The notes: generated by a model not told the origin, from the letters alone. Counted from the first letter of the stretch, positions 1 through 10,454 are shown. The stretch is 64,000 nucleotides of DNA from Candidatus Magasanikbacteria bacterium RIFOXYD1_FULL_40_23 (GCA_001783215.1 MFRA01000006.1:57968-121967), one strand, 5' to 3'. Numbers and translations: made by a program.

Positions 1-85
1 AAACATAGTTTTCAGAATAGCCAAAGTGTAAGGGATCCCTCGACTCCACTACGGCTCCGTTCGGGATGACAATTGTATAAAAAAT

Positions 86-1777
86 ATGAACAGTGAGATT
101 AAACAACAAATTTACAATTTATTAAATAAAGCGGGAGTGTCTGGTGAGATAGAACTGACAACCCCTCCAAATCCAGAGATGGGCGATTTTGCTTTTGCCT
201 GTTTTAATGTTGCTAAAGAATGGAAAATGAGCCCAGTAGAAGCGGCCAAAACAATTGAATCAAAAATTAAAAAAAGTAATCTTGTAGATAAGGTGCAGGT
301 GATGGGTCCATATGTAAATTTTTATCTTAATCCTGGCCAAGTTGCAGAGTTGGTAATAAAAGATGTTTTAAAAAAAGGTAAAAAATACGGGATTAATAAT
401 TCTGGTAAAGGTAAAAAAGTTTTGATTGAATATCCATCTAACAACACTCACAAAGAATTTCATATTGGTCACTTGCGCAATGTTTGTATTGGAAATTCTT
501 TGGTACAGCTATACGAACAAAATGGCTACAAAGTTTACCCAGTAAATTATTTAAATGATTTTGGTAATCACGTGGCTAAATGTTTGTGGGGTTTGCAGAA
601 ATTTCACAAAGATGAAAAAGTGCCAGAAAATAAACAAAAATGGCTAGGAGAAATTTATGCCGAAGCTAGTCAAAAATTAAAAGATAATCCAGATTTTGCA
701 CCAGAAGTGGCCGAAATCCAAAAACAGATAGAAGGCCAAGACTCAAAGATTTGGAAGTTGTTTATGCAAACCAGAGAGTGGAGTATAGATAAATTTGAAG
801 AAATATTTAAACAGTTGGGCGTAAAGCATGTCGCTGTATTTTACGAAAAAGACTTAAAAGATAAAGGTCAAGGATATGTTGATGATCTTTTGCAAAAAGG
901 TATCGCCAAAGTAGGTGAGGGTGGGGCGATAATTTTAGATTTAAGTGAATATAAGCTGGATATTGCATTGCTTCGCAAATCAAACGGTACTGGTTTATAT
1001 ATGACTAGTGATTTGGCTTTAGCTGTGGAAAAATTTAAAGGTTGTTATGCTGACGAAAGTATTATAATTACTGGCACAGAGCAGAATTTTTATTTTAAGC
1101 AACTATATAAAACTCTGGAATTAATGGGCTTTGATAAAAAACTTACCCACATTAGTTATGGGCTTATAAACCTAAAAGAAGGCAAAATGTCTTCTCGTCT
1201 TGGGAATGTTATTTTATACGAAGATTTGTATGCTGAAGTGTATGAAAAATTAAAAGAAGAATCTGTTCAACGCCACCCCGAATGGAGTGAGAAAAAAATA
1301 AAAAGCAATATTGATGTGCTGGCTATGGCAGCTCTAAAGTTTGATATGCAAAAACATGAGGCCGCCAAAAATATTATCTTTGATATTAAAGAAGCTACTT
1401 CGTTTGAAGGATTTAGCGGTTTGTATGTGCTATACGCTATCGCTAGAATAAATAGTGTTTTAAATCAAGCCAAAAAACTCAAAGCCAAAGTAGATTATAA
1501 TTTGCTAAACAAACCGGAAGAAAAGCAACTTGTATTATTTTTGGCAAAATATGAAGAAGTGGTAAGGACTGCTCTGTTAAATTATAACCCATCAGAAATA
1601 ACTCGCTACTCATTTGATTTAGCTCAAGCGTTTAATGATTTTTATAATAAACATAGTATTCTAAAAGCAGAAACTGCAGATTTGGTGGCCACTCGTTTGC
1701 AATTAGCTAGCGCGGCCAAAAATGTTTTAGAAAATTCGCTTGGGTTGCTTACAATTGGTACTGTGGAAGAAATGTAA
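86..1777 (+). CDS. argS: arginine--tRNA ligase
   Basis: 563 aa. Class I HIGH motif (FHIGHLRN) and KMSKS-like 'KMSSR'. Overall ArgS architecture with a C-terminal anticodon-binding region. Confidence 0.88.
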   Translation: MNSEIKQQIYNLLNKAGVSGEIELTTPPNPEMGDFAFACFNVAKEWKMSPVEAAKTIESKIKKSNLVDKVQVMGPYVNFYLNPGQVAELVIKDVLKKGKKYGINNSGKGKKVLIEYPSNNTHKEFHIGHLRNVCIGNSLVQLYEQNGYKVYPVNYLNDFGNHVAKCLWGLQKFHKDEKVPENKQKWLGEIYAEASQKLKDNPDFAPEVAEIQKQIEGQDSKIWKLFMQTREWSIDKFEEIFKQLGVKHVAVFYEKDLKDKGQGYVDDLLQKGIAKVGEGGAIILDLSEYKLDIALLRKSNGTGLYMTSDLALAVEKFKGCYADESIIITGTEQNFYFKQLYKTLELMGFDKKLTHISYGLINLKEGKMSSRLGNVILYEDLYAEVYEKLKEESVQRHPEWSEKKIKSNIDVLAMAALKFDMQKHEAAKNIIFDIKEATSFEGFSGLYVLYAIARINSVLNQAKKLKAKVDYNLLNKPEEKQLVLFLAKYEEVVRTALLNYNPSEITRYSFDLAQAFNDFYNKHSILKAETADLVATRLQLASAAKNVLENSLGLLTIGTVEEM

Positions 1778-1794
1778 AATATTTATCAAAGGTT

Positions 1795-2820
1795 TTGTTT
1801 ATGGTGCAAGACAATTATAAGTCGTGGTTTATTAATACAGAAGATTTTCCTAAGGAGTCTGCGCTACCAGCGCAGCTTAAATTTTTATTAAAGTTTGCAA
1901 TTTTGGCTCCCTCCACTCACAATTCTCAGCCTTGGCAATTCAAAATAGATGGCAATAGGATTTATATTTTGCCAAATTTTGATAAAGCTTTGCCTGTAGG
2001 GGATAAGGAAAACCATTTCCTTTTTTTAAGTTTGGGATGCGCGTTAGAAAATTTATTGGTCGCGGCGCAGTATTATGGTTTTAGTTTTGTAGTGAAGCAC
2101 CCTTCTTCTGGTGATAAAAAAATTGAAATTACTCTGACAAAAATAGAAAAGTTAGGCGTTGCAGAAGAAAGCCTGATTTCTTATATTGCTAAGCGCATTA
2201 CTAATCGTCATAAATTTACAGATAAATTACCGTCAGAAGAATTTTTGAATACAGTCCGTGGTTTGAGTACGGACGGTATAAATGTAGAGGTGTTGGCCCT
2301 GGGAGAAAAAAATAACAAGGTAAAGCAATTGGTTGGTACGATTACCCCTAAACTATTAAATGATCCAAGTTTCCGCAAGGAATTATCTGGCTATGTAAAA
2401 ACAAATATTACGAAATCAAAACTTGGCATGCCAGCTTTTGTAATGGGTGTTCCTAATTTTTTATCTCTTTTTATCCCTACAATATTAAAGTTTGTAAATA
2501 TTGAAAAATTAAATAAAAAAAAGCAGGAGGGCGCTTTGAGTGCGGCGATTTTTATTGTTATTAGCGCCAAAAATAATAATGAAGAAGATTGGGTTAAAAC
2601 CGGACAAGTTTTTCAGAAGATTAATTTATTGGCTACAAAGTTTAGCCTATTTACTCACCCTATGGCTGCGCCTTTGCACGATATAGAAGGGCGCAAAGAG
2701 TTGCAAGAAATATTGCAGACAAATTTTAATCCGCAATTTTTATTTCGTCTTGGTTATGGATCTGTAGAGCCCAAGCATAGTCCGAGAATGTCTGTAGATG
2801 ATTGTATGATTGTAGAATAA
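1795..2820 (+). CDS. nitroreductase-family (Acg-like / SagB-like) FMN-dependent oxidoreductase
   Basis: 341 aa. Motif 'APSTHNSQPWQF', typical of nitroreductase-superfamily proteins, with a second nitroreductase-like half. Confidence 0.5.
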   Translation: MFMVQDNYKSWFINTEDFPKESALPAQLKFLLKFAILAPSTHNSQPWQFKIDGNRIYILPNFDKALPVGDKENHFLFLSLGCALENLLVAAQYYGFSFVVKHPSSGDKKIEITLTKIEKLGVAEESLISYIAKRITNRHKFTDKLPSEEFLNTVRGLSTDGINVEVLALGEKNNKVKQLVGTITPKLLNDPSFRKELSGYVKTNITKSKLGMPAFVMGVPNFLSLFIPTILKFVNIEKLNKKKQEGALSAAIFIVISAKNNNEEDWVKTGQVFQKINLLATKFSLFTHPMAAPLHDIEGRKELQEILQTNFNPQFLFRLGYGSVEPKHSPRMSVDDCMIVE

Positions 2821-2826
2821 TAGTTT

Positions 2827-3897
2827 ATGGCTATCTCTAAGTATAAAAATTTAAAAGAGTTTGATGGTCATGCTTTGGTTGTGGAGCTAAATGAGCCAAG
2901 CGTCGATTTAAAAGGCTTTATAGCTATAGATAGAAAAGCCGATAAATTTCCAGCGTTGGGAGCTACTCGTTTATGGAAGTATTCCTCGGAAGAGGATGCT
3001 ATAAATGATGCTCTGCGTTTGGCAAAGCTGATGGGTAAAAAATCGGCAATGGCAGGTTTGCCATACACGGGCGCCAAGGCGGTGTTAATGCTTCCAGAAG
3101 GTGGAATAAAGAATCGCGAAGAATATTTTAAAGTGTATGCACAAAAAGTAAACGAACTTTCAGGTCAGTTTATTACCGGCACAGATGTCGGCTTAACTGA
3201 TGATGATCTGAAGATAATGAGTGAAAACTCTAAATTCATAATTGGAATGGATGTTCCGGCAGCGTATTATACGGCCGTTGGTATTTTTTATGTTATCCAA
3301 GCAAGTTTAGAGTATAAATTCGGTAGTGGGAATATTACTGGCAGAACTTTTGCTATTCAAGGTTTGGGAAAAACAGGCTATGAATTGTTAAAATTATTGT
3401 ATGCGGAGGGAGCAAAAATATTTGTCTCCGAAATAAATACAGATATTTTAGAGCAAGTTTGTCGTGATTTTCCATTAGTAAAAAAAGTTTTACCAGAAGA
3501 TATACACAAGCAAGAAGTAGATGTTTTTTGTCCTTGCGCCATGAGTCATTCTGTTAATAGTCGTACAGTCAGTGAGTTGAAGTGTACTATAGTGGCCGGC
3601 TCCGCAAATAATCAGCTAGAAGACGAGGCTGTAGGAGAAAAACTACACAAGTTGGGTATTATTTATGTCCCAGACTATTTATCAAATTCCGGTGGTTTGA
3701 TTAGTGTGGTAGATCAATTTGAAAATAAAAAACATAATGATGAAAGGATACTATTAAAATTGAGCAAAATACCAGAGGTTTTGCGTGCTATTTTCTTAAG
3801 AAGTGAAGAAGAACAAAGTTCAATTAGTGGCGTTGCAGACGGTATGGTGCAAGAGTTTTTAAACAAAGAAGTTCGTGTTGGGGTACGTAGTTATTAA
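2827..3897 (+). CDS. Glu/Leu/Phe/Val-family amino acid dehydrogenase (leucine/phenylalanine dehydrogenase-like)
   Basis: 356 aa. N-terminal substrate domain with a conserved Lys-Gly region, then a Rossmann motif 'GLGKTGYELLKLLYAEGAKIFVSE'. Confidence 0.72.
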   Translation: MAISKYKNLKEFDGHALVVELNEPSVDLKGFIAIDRKADKFPALGATRLWKYSSEEDAINDALRLAKLMGKKSAMAGLPYTGAKAVLMLPEGGIKNREEYFKVYAQKVNELSGQFITGTDVGLTDDDLKIMSENSKFIIGMDVPAAYYTAVGIFYVIQASLEYKFGSGNITGRTFAIQGLGKTGYELLKLLYAEGAKIFVSEINTDILEQVCRDFPLVKKVLPEDIHKQEVDVFCPCAMSHSVNSRTVSELKCTIVAGSANNQLEDEAVGEKLHKLGIIYVPDYLSNSGGLISVVDQFENKKHNDERILLKLSKIPEVLRAIFLRSEEEQSSISGVADGMVQEFLNKEVRVGVRSY

Positions 3898-3904
3898 GTA
3901 TTTT

Positions 3905-5437
3905 ATGAATAAGTATTTTTTAAGTTTATATAGAAAAAACCTTGCTTCCAAACTATCTTTTCTTAAAAGAAAGGACTGTGAAGTTATGGATAAAGTGGGG
4001 GAAAAGGAGTCGGTGAAATTGTTCAATCTTGTAAGTGCGCGTGTGGTTGCGTACCAAAAATTTTTAAAAGAAAATAAAGTAGCTATCAGAAAGATTGTAA
4101 ATATTAAAGATTTTAAAAAATTACCATTAATTTCAAAAGAAAATTATATAAAAAAGAATGACCTAGAAGATTTGCTTCCTCCTAAAGAGTTGTCTAATAT
4201 TACCACTTTTTCCGCTACTTCCGGCTCTACAGGTGAACCGACATTTTTTCCGCGCAGCGAAGATCAGGACAAGAATTACGAATATATATCTGAAATATTT
4301 CTAACGACCCAGTTGGGTCTGTCCAAGAAAAAAAGCACACTTGTTATAATAGGTTTTGGGCTAGGTGTTTGGATAGGCGGTATTTTTACTTATAAAAATT
4401 TTAATAAATTGGCTAGCAAGGGTTATAAAATATCTTTATTGCCAGTTGGTCCTCAAAAAGACATGTTTCTAAAATCTCTAAAGAAATTTGGAGGATTATT
4501 TGATCAGGTTATTTTGGCAGGTTATCCGCCATTTATTAAGGATATTGTTGATGAAAGTGTAAGTTATGGCATTGATTTTGCAAAGTGCAATGCAAAAGTT
4601 TTGACTGCAGCCGAGAGTTATTCGGAAGACTTTAGAGATTATATTGCAAAAAAGATTAAGGCCAAAAATATTTATACTGATTTTGTAAATATATACGGAA
4701 CGGTTGAGCTGGGAACTATGGCTCACGAAACTCCTTTGGCAATTCTAATACGTAGATTAGCATGTAAAAATAAGGATATTTTTAAGGCTGTTTTTAATAA
4801 TTCTGCCAGGCTTCCTACGTTGGGGCAATACCACCCTTATTTGGTGTATTTTGAGGAGCTAGAGGGCGAATTGGTAGGAACGGGTGTTGGCTCGTCTATA
4901 CCGTTAATTCGTTACAAATTTGCCGATCGTGGGGGCGTTATTCCGTTTAAGGAGATGATAGAACGCCTAAAGAGTGTAGGGGTAGATATAGTGAAAGAAG
5001 CGGCAAAAAATGGAATCGACAAAACCGTTCTTAACCTTCCATTTGTTTATGTTTATGAGAGGAGTGATTTGGTTGTAAATCTAATGGGGATAAACATATA
5101 TCCGGAGTATGTTAAAAGTGGTTTGCAAAAAACCGGCATAGAAGAAAAAGTCACCGGTAAATTTTCTATGGTGACTAAAAATGATAAAAATCAGGATCAA
5201 TTTTTGGAAATTAATGTGGAGTTAAAAAATGGCGAAGCGTCATCTCCGCAGTTATTAAAATTAATTGAAAATTTTGTTGTGAGTTCTCTGCAAGAAAAAT
5301 CTACAGAGTATGATTATTTGTACAAAAATAGTTCGGAAGAATCTAAGAAAAAGATAACCCCCCAAATTTTATTATTTAATTATGAAGATAAAACTTATTT
5401 TGCTCCCGGGGCAAAGCAGAAATGGGTTTTAAAATAA
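3905..5437 (+). CDS. adenylate-forming enzyme, phenylacetate-CoA ligase / F390-synthetase / CapK-like family
   Basis: AMP-binding P-loop-like 'TSGSTGEPTFF'. About 510 aa. The start is uncertain: the ORF track begins at 3875 and overlaps the upstream gene, while the ATG at 3905 avoids that overlap. Confidence 0.55.
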   Translation: MNKYFLSLYRKNLASKLSFLKRKDCEVMDKVGEKESVKLFNLVSARVVAYQKFLKENKVAIRKIVNIKDFKKLPLISKENYIKKNDLEDLLPPKELSNITTFSATSGSTGEPTFFPRSEDQDKNYEYISEIFLTTQLGLSKKKSTLVIIGFGLGVWIGGIFTYKNFNKLASKGYKISLLPVGPQKDMFLKSLKKFGGLFDQVILAGYPPFIKDIVDESVSYGIDFAKCNAKVLTAAESYSEDFRDYIAKKIKAKNIYTDFVNIYGTVELGTMAHETPLAILIRRLACKNKDIFKAVFNNSARLPTLGQYHPYLVYFEELEGELVGTGVGSSIPLIRYKFADRGGVIPFKEMIERLKSVGVDIVKEAAKNGIDKTVLNLPFVYVYERSDLVVNLMGINIYPEYVKSGLQKTGIEEKVTGKFSMVTKNDKNQDQFLEINVELKNGEASSPQLLKLIENFVVSSLQEKSTEYDYLYKNSSEESKKKITPQILLFNYEDKTYFAPGAKQKWVLK

Positions 5438-6507
5438 TTTTTATGGAGTTTCCAATTATACTCTCCGAAGGCAGTTATACCCAAGAAGATTTGGATTTTT
5501 TGATGAAAAATAATGAGGTGGTAAAAACGGTTGATATTTATGCTCAGCAAATGGCCGAGTATTTTGAAATTTCTAATCCAGCCCTCAAGGGGAGCGTGGA
5601 ATTGCCTGGTGCTGCAAAAAAATATGTTGATGAAAATGTAAGCAAGGGAAGCTTGGTAGGTAATTGGATATACTATCCTTGGAGTAAAATTTTAGTTCAT
5701 TCGGTTACCGAAGATAAATATTTCCAGCTGCGAACCAACCGTAACAAAAATTTAATAGATGCAAAAGAACAAGAAAAGTTGTATAATTTAAATGTAGGTG
5801 TGCTCGGGCTATCTATCGGGAGTAGTATGTCTACTAGCTTAGCGTATAGTGCTATAGCAGGGCATATGAAGTTGGCAGATTTTGATACCCTGTCCACTTC
5901 CAATCTAAACAGATTGAAAGCGAAAATGTCTGATGTGGGAAGGAAAAAAATAGAGATAGCCGCGGAACAAATATTTGAAATAAATCCGTACCAGAGTCTA
6001 AAGTTATTTGAAAATGGAGTAGATAAAAATTCACTTGAAAATTTTTTAACAGAAGATCCTAAGCCAGAATTAATTTTTGAAGCAATTGATGACTTTGAAA
6101 CAAAAATTCGACTGCGTATGGTGGCGCGAGATTTGGGTATTCCAGTTATAATGTTAACTAACCTAGGCGATAGCTTGCTTATAGATGTAGAAAGATATGA
6201 TAAAGATAAGACAACTCCTATCTTAAACGGAATGATTGATCAGTCAGTTGTAGAAGAAATTTTGTCTGGGAGTTGTAGCGAAGCAGATAAAAATAGATTT
6301 GCCGTACAGGTGGTTGGCGTAGAAAATGTGCCCAAGAGAGCGATGGCTTCTCTAAAAGAAATAGGTTCAAGCCTCGTTGGTCGTCCGCAGCTAATGAGTA
6401 CAGTTACCGTAGGAGGAGGCCTAGCTTCTTTTTTAGCTAGAAAGATTGCGCTAGGAGAGGATTTACCAAGTGGAAGAAAAATAATAAAGTTGGATGAGCT
6501 AATTTAA
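5422..6507 (+). CDS. ThiF/MoeB/E1-like adenylyltransferase-family protein with a ~110 aa N-terminal extension
   Basis: Rossmann-like 'LNVGVLGLSIGSSMSTSLAYSAIAGH', then 'DFDTLSTSNLNRL' (E1-like nucleotide-binding region). The alternative start at 5443 removes the 16-nt overlap with the upstream gene. Confidence 0.58.
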   Translation: MGFKIIFMEFPIILSEGSYTQEDLDFLMKNNEVVKTVDIYAQQMAEYFEISNPALKGSVELPGAAKKYVDENVSKGSLVGNWIYYPWSKILVHSVTEDKYFQLRTNRNKNLIDAKEQEKLYNLNVGVLGLSIGSSMSTSLAYSAIAGHMKLADFDTLSTSNLNRLKAKMSDVGRKKIEIAAEQIFEINPYQSLKLFENGVDKNSLENFLTEDPKPELIFEAIDDFETKIRLRMVARDLGIPVIMLTNLGDSLLIDVERYDKDKTTPILNGMIDQSVVEEILSGSCSEADKNRFAVQVVGVENVPKRAMASLKEIGSSLVGRPQLMSTVTVGGGLASFLARKIALGEDLPSGRKIIKLDELI

Positions 6508-6511
6508 TTTT

Positions 6512-7387
6512 ATGGATGCCGAGCAAAAACTCGCAGACAAAATGGGGGTAAACTATAAAATTAATCAGTGTTTAATAGATGGTTTTAATATTAATTATCT
6601 GGTGGCCGGAGAAGGCGAGCCGCTACTATTAATTCACGGGGCAAATATAGGTTGGGGAATGTGGTATTTAAATATACCGGAGTTGTCAAAAAAATATAAA
6701 GTTATCGCTATAGATCTGCCCGGTGCCGGCGCTTCCGACAGCTTGGATTTTAAAAATATTGATCTGCAAAAAACATTCGTTCAGTTAGTAGAAAACTTTT
6801 TGTATTTTCTGGGGGTGGATAATATAAGAGTGATTGGCCATTCTTTTGGTGGTTGGGTAGCTATGAAGTTGGCTATTGCTAGTAGTATAAATATCAAAAA
6901 AATTGTACTAAGTGATTCTTTGGGGTTTAGTAGGAGTATACCGGTGTCTCAGTGGCCCGCCACATTTGGTGTTCTAACAAGATTTATTTCCAAAACATTC
7001 TTTAAAGTTACAAGAGAAAATATGGACAGATTTTTAAGCAGTGCTTTCTATGATAAAAAGTCTGTGCTGGAACTGTTTTCTCAGTATTATTTCGAATCGT
7101 TACTTTGCTCCGCCACGCGTCACCCTTTACTGTTTTTTAACAGATTATCAACTTTTTTGAGAATGCGAAAAGAGTTAGATTTAAAAAGTAGTCTCGGATT
7201 AATTAAGCAGCCAGTAATGGTGGTGTGGGGTAGTGAAGATAAAAATGTAATATATAAAAATAGTAAAGATTTTTTTAAATTGATACCAAATCATAAGGTT
7301 GAAATTATAAAAGAGACAGGGCATGTTCCTTCTTTAGAAAAAAGCAATTTATTTAACAGTCTGGTATTAAATTTTTTTCAAGATTAA
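6512..7387 (+). CDS. alpha/beta-fold hydrolase
   Basis: 291 aa. Nucleophile elbow 'GHSFGG', an N-terminal HG oxyanion motif 'IHGAN', and a C-terminal His ('ETGHVP'). Confidence 0.7.
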   Translation: MDAEQKLADKMGVNYKINQCLIDGFNINYLVAGEGEPLLLIHGANIGWGMWYLNIPELSKKYKVIAIDLPGAGASDSLDFKNIDLQKTFVQLVENFLYFLGVDNIRVIGHSFGGWVAMKLAIASSINIKKIVLSDSLGFSRSIPVSQWPATFGVLTRFISKTFFKVTRENMDRFLSSAFYDKKSVLELFSQYYFESLLCSATRHPLLFFNRLSTFLRMRKELDLKSSLGLIKQPVMVVWGSEDKNVIYKNSKDFFKLIPNHKVEIIKETGHVPSLEKSNLFNSLVLNFFQD

Positions 7388-7397
7388 TTAGTATAAT

Positions 7398-9020
7398 ATG
7401 TTGGGGGACGTTTTATATTTTAAAGAGGTTATACTTGGGGCCGTTGTGATTTGTAATATACTTATTACTTATGCGGTATATGTAAGTAATAAAAAAAGCG
7501 CCACAAATAGAGTGTTTTTATTACTAGGCTTTATTATTTCTTTTTGGCTTCTCGCCATGCATTTGTCGGTAAATCCTGCAGTGAATCTATTTTGGACACG
7601 CCAGAGTGCTTTTTGGGCTACGCTCATGAGTTTCTCGTTGTTTTTGTTAGCTTATATTTTGCCGGGGGAAAGGTTTTTGCTTAGTAAAAAGAACCTTTTT
7701 TATACAGTTGTGCCTACAATTTTTATAACAGCCACAACATTTACGCCTTATGTTTTTGAGAAAATAACTAGTAGTGCCATAGGCACAAAGGTAGTTGTAG
7801 GGTTTGGGATAATTCCGTTTAGTTTACTAACAACATTTTTTAGCATTTCCGCTGTTTATTTATTGTTAAAAAAATTAAATAAATCATCGCAAGTAGAGCG
7901 CCGTCAGTTGGGGCTTGTTCTGACAGGCTTTTTCTTAATGCTCGGACTGATTATTTTTACAATTCTAATCCCCGTTATTTTTTTAAGGGACAACTTTTTT
8001 GTCCAATTTGCACCGGTGTATGTTTTTTTCTTTTTGGCAGCGACCGCTATCGCAATTGTAAAATACCACTTATTTAATATTAAAGTTATTGCCACAGAGG
8101 CTTTGGTACTGATTTTAATAATGGTTTTATTGATTGAAGGCGCCCTCTCTGGTTCGGTATTTACAGTTATTTTTAAAGTCTCATTCGCAATTTTGGTAGG
8201 TATTATAGGTATATTGCTGGTTAAAAGTGTGCAGAAAGAAATTAAGCAAAAAAACGAGCTGTCTAAGTTAGCCACTTCTCTAGAAAAAGCCAATACTCTT
8301 TTGCAAGAAGCAGATAAGCAAAAAACTGAATTTTTGACCATTGCTTCTCACCAGTTACGCACCCCCCTTTCTATTTTAAAAGGTTACATAGAATTAATAA
8401 AAGATGGTAGCTATGGCAAGATTGAGCCAGCTACGGCCAAGGTATTAGATGATATGGATATCAATAATGAGCATCTAGTAAAGCTGGTGGACAAGCTTTT
8501 GGATATTACTCGTATTGAGCAGGGTCGTACGAAATATGCCTTTGCTGAAGTGGATATTCGCAGTTTGATAAACGAAGCAACTAATGATTTAAAAATAAAA
8601 GCCAGAGATAAAAAAATTAAAATAGATTGGATTGCTCCAAAAAAACCAAAAAATATTTTTTGTGATCAAGAAAAGATACACCACGTTGTTTATAATTTTA
8701 TAGATAACGCTTTAAAATATAGTGATGGCGGCGTAGTAAAAGTGGCGCTAGAAGAAGATGTTGATGGGGTTGCGGTGCGGGTAAAAGATCGTGGAATTGG
8801 GTTTGATAAAAATGACGAAGGAAACTTTTATCACAAGTTTTATAGGGGGGACAACGTAAGAACGATAGCTGTAAGCGGCACAGGCTTGGGCCTGTATGTT
8901 TGTCGCAAATTTATAGAGGCCCATAACGGACGTGTGTGGGCGCGTAGTGCTGGTTTGGGTATGGGCAGTGAGTTTGGTTTTTGGATACCAGCCAAGCAAA
9001 AAGCACCGTCGGCAGCTTAG
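7398..9020 (+). CDS. membrane sensor histidine kinase (orphan, no adjacent response regulator)
   Basis: About 7-8 predicted N-terminal TM helices. H-box 'HQLRTPLSIL', G-box 'GTGLGLYVCRKFIEAHNGRVWA'. Confidence 0.8.
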   Translation: MLGDVLYFKEVILGAVVICNILITYAVYVSNKKSATNRVFLLLGFIISFWLLAMHLSVNPAVNLFWTRQSAFWATLMSFSLFLLAYILPGERFLLSKKNLFYTVVPTIFITATTFTPYVFEKITSSAIGTKVVVGFGIIPFSLLTTFFSISAVYLLLKKLNKSSQVERRQLGLVLTGFFLMLGLIIFTILIPVIFLRDNFFVQFAPVYVFFFLAATAIAIVKYHLFNIKVIATEALVLILIMVLLIEGALSGSVFTVIFKVSFAILVGIIGILLVKSVQKEIKQKNELSKLATSLEKANTLLQEADKQKTEFLTIASHQLRTPLSILKGYIELIKDGSYGKIEPATAKVLDDMDINNEHLVKLVDKLLDITRIEQGRTKYAFAEVDIRSLINEATNDLKIKARDKKIKIDWIAPKKPKNIFCDQEKIHHVVYNFIDNALKYSDGGVVKVALEEDVDGVAVRVKDRGIGFDKNDEGNFYHKFYRGDNVRTIAVSGTGLGLYVCRKFIEAHNGRVWARSAGLGMGSEFGFWIPAKQKAPSAA

Positions 9021-9154
9021 TTGGTTTTTTTAAAAAAAGAGTGTATAATAATTTCATTGAATCATGAATTATGAAGTATGAATTAAGAAACGCAGGTAAG
9101 CGGTTCGATTTGTGCCATAATTCGTAATTCTTTATTCATAATTCATAAACAAAA

Positions 9155-9634
9155 TTGTATATGATATTCCAAAGGCATTCTCCAAAAGTTGTTGAAGAAA
9201 ATGAGGAATTAGACGTTAGCAATCAGTCACACCCAGATGTTCAAGATGAGGTGGAGACTGTTGTTGGTCCGTCTGTAAATGTAGAAGGGGACTTTGCCTC
9301 CGAAGGAAATATAATAGTAAAAGGAACTGTATCCGGCAGTGTTTTTACTAGTAAGCATTTATCGGTAGAAATGGGTGCAAAAATTATTGCCAATGTCAGG
9401 GCCGGTAGTGCCACTATTGCTGGCGAAGTAAAAGGTAATATGAAAGTAAAAGAATCTTTGGAATTGACATCTACCTCCAAAGTTATCGGTGATATAGATG
9501 TCAAAAATCTAAAAATCGAATCCGGTGCGATATTGTATGGCAAAATTACTATGCCAGGAGTTGAAAGCAGCGAAAAATCAATTAAAACAAAGACCTTTAA
9601 AAAATCGGATGACGCCGCGCCTCTCTTTGGTTAG
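9155..9634 (+). CDS. bactofilin-family cytoskeletal protein
   Basis: 159 aa. Repeated beta-helical 'V.G.V.G.V....L.V...A.I.G.V.A..V.I.G.V.G' pattern typical of the bactofilin/DUF583 core. Confidence 0.6.
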   Translation: MYMIFQRHSPKVVEENEELDVSNQSHPDVQDEVETVVGPSVNVEGDFASEGNIIVKGTVSGSVFTSKHLSVEMGAKIIANVRAGSATIAGEVKGNMKVKESLELTSTSKVIGDIDVKNLKIESGAILYGKITMPGVESSEKSIKTKTFKKSDDAAPLFG

Positions 9635-9665
9635 TTATAGTTTTTCTTGATAGGAGTTAGAATCT

Positions 9666-10439
9666 TTGGTACTTATGTATGTTTATATCTACGACAATTT
9701 TTTACGTCAGAAAAATTTTCTTCCAATCATTCACGCCATGGAGGTTATTCTTACCGACTATGGTATAGCTGGTAAGATTTTACGTCTTCAAAATTACACC
9801 GACTCAAAAGCTATTATAGAAGATGAAATAAAACGAGGTGCCAAAACTATTGTAATAGTTGGAAACGATGCAACTTTTGGTCAAATTCTTTCTCGCAGCG
9901 CTACTTGCAACTGCACGTTTGGTTTTTTGCCAGTTGGTCCAAATAATACCATTGCCGAAGTTTTGGGTATTCCTGTGGGCGTAGAGGCTTGCACGGTTTT
10001 ATCGCGTCGCCGCAAAGAATTTTTGGATGTCGGTTGGATGAATAACAGATACTTTGTTTCTCAACTGAAAGTAATGCCTTCCAAATTGGAAGTTGTTTAT
10101 GATGAGAGATTTAAAGTTACCGCCGCCGAAAAAATGGAGGTAATTGTTTGTAATTTACAACCGTTTTTTTGGACAAGAGATAAAAAAGATAAAGAACAGC
10201 GAGTAATTCATCCCCAAGACGGTAAGCTAGAAGCGTTTATTAGACCATTGACAAAGAGTGGTTGGTGGGGCTATAAATACGAAGAGCCTAGTATTTTTCC
10301 TTTTGAAGAAATGATTATCACTGGCAGGGAGCCATTTTCTGTAGAAGCAGATGGTAAAATGTCCAAAGAAATAAAGGTAAAAATTAAACTGGCTCATAGT
10401 AAGGTAGAAATGATTGTTGGCAGAGATAGAAAGTTTTAA
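9666..10439 (+). CDS. diacylglycerol/lipid kinase catalytic-domain (YegS/DAGK_cat-like) protein with a degenerate GGDGT motif
   Basis: N-terminal pattern 'YIYDNF...GAKTIVIVGNDATFGQIL' matches the DAGK_cat fold, but GGDGT is replaced by GNDAT. Confidence 0.42.
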   Translation: MVLMYVYIYDNFLRQKNFLPIIHAMEVILTDYGIAGKILRLQNYTDSKAIIEDEIKRGAKTIVIVGNDATFGQILSRSATCNCTFGFLPVGPNNTIAEVLGIPVGVEACTVLSRRRKEFLDVGWMNNRYFVSQLKVMPSKLEVVYDERFKVTAAEKMEVIVCNLQPFFWTRDKKDKEQRVIHPQDGKLEAFIRPLTKSGWWGYKYEEPSIFPFEEMIITGREPFSVEADGKMSKEIKVKIKLAHSKVEMIVGRDRKF

Positions 10440-10454
10440 TTTCAGACATAGGAA

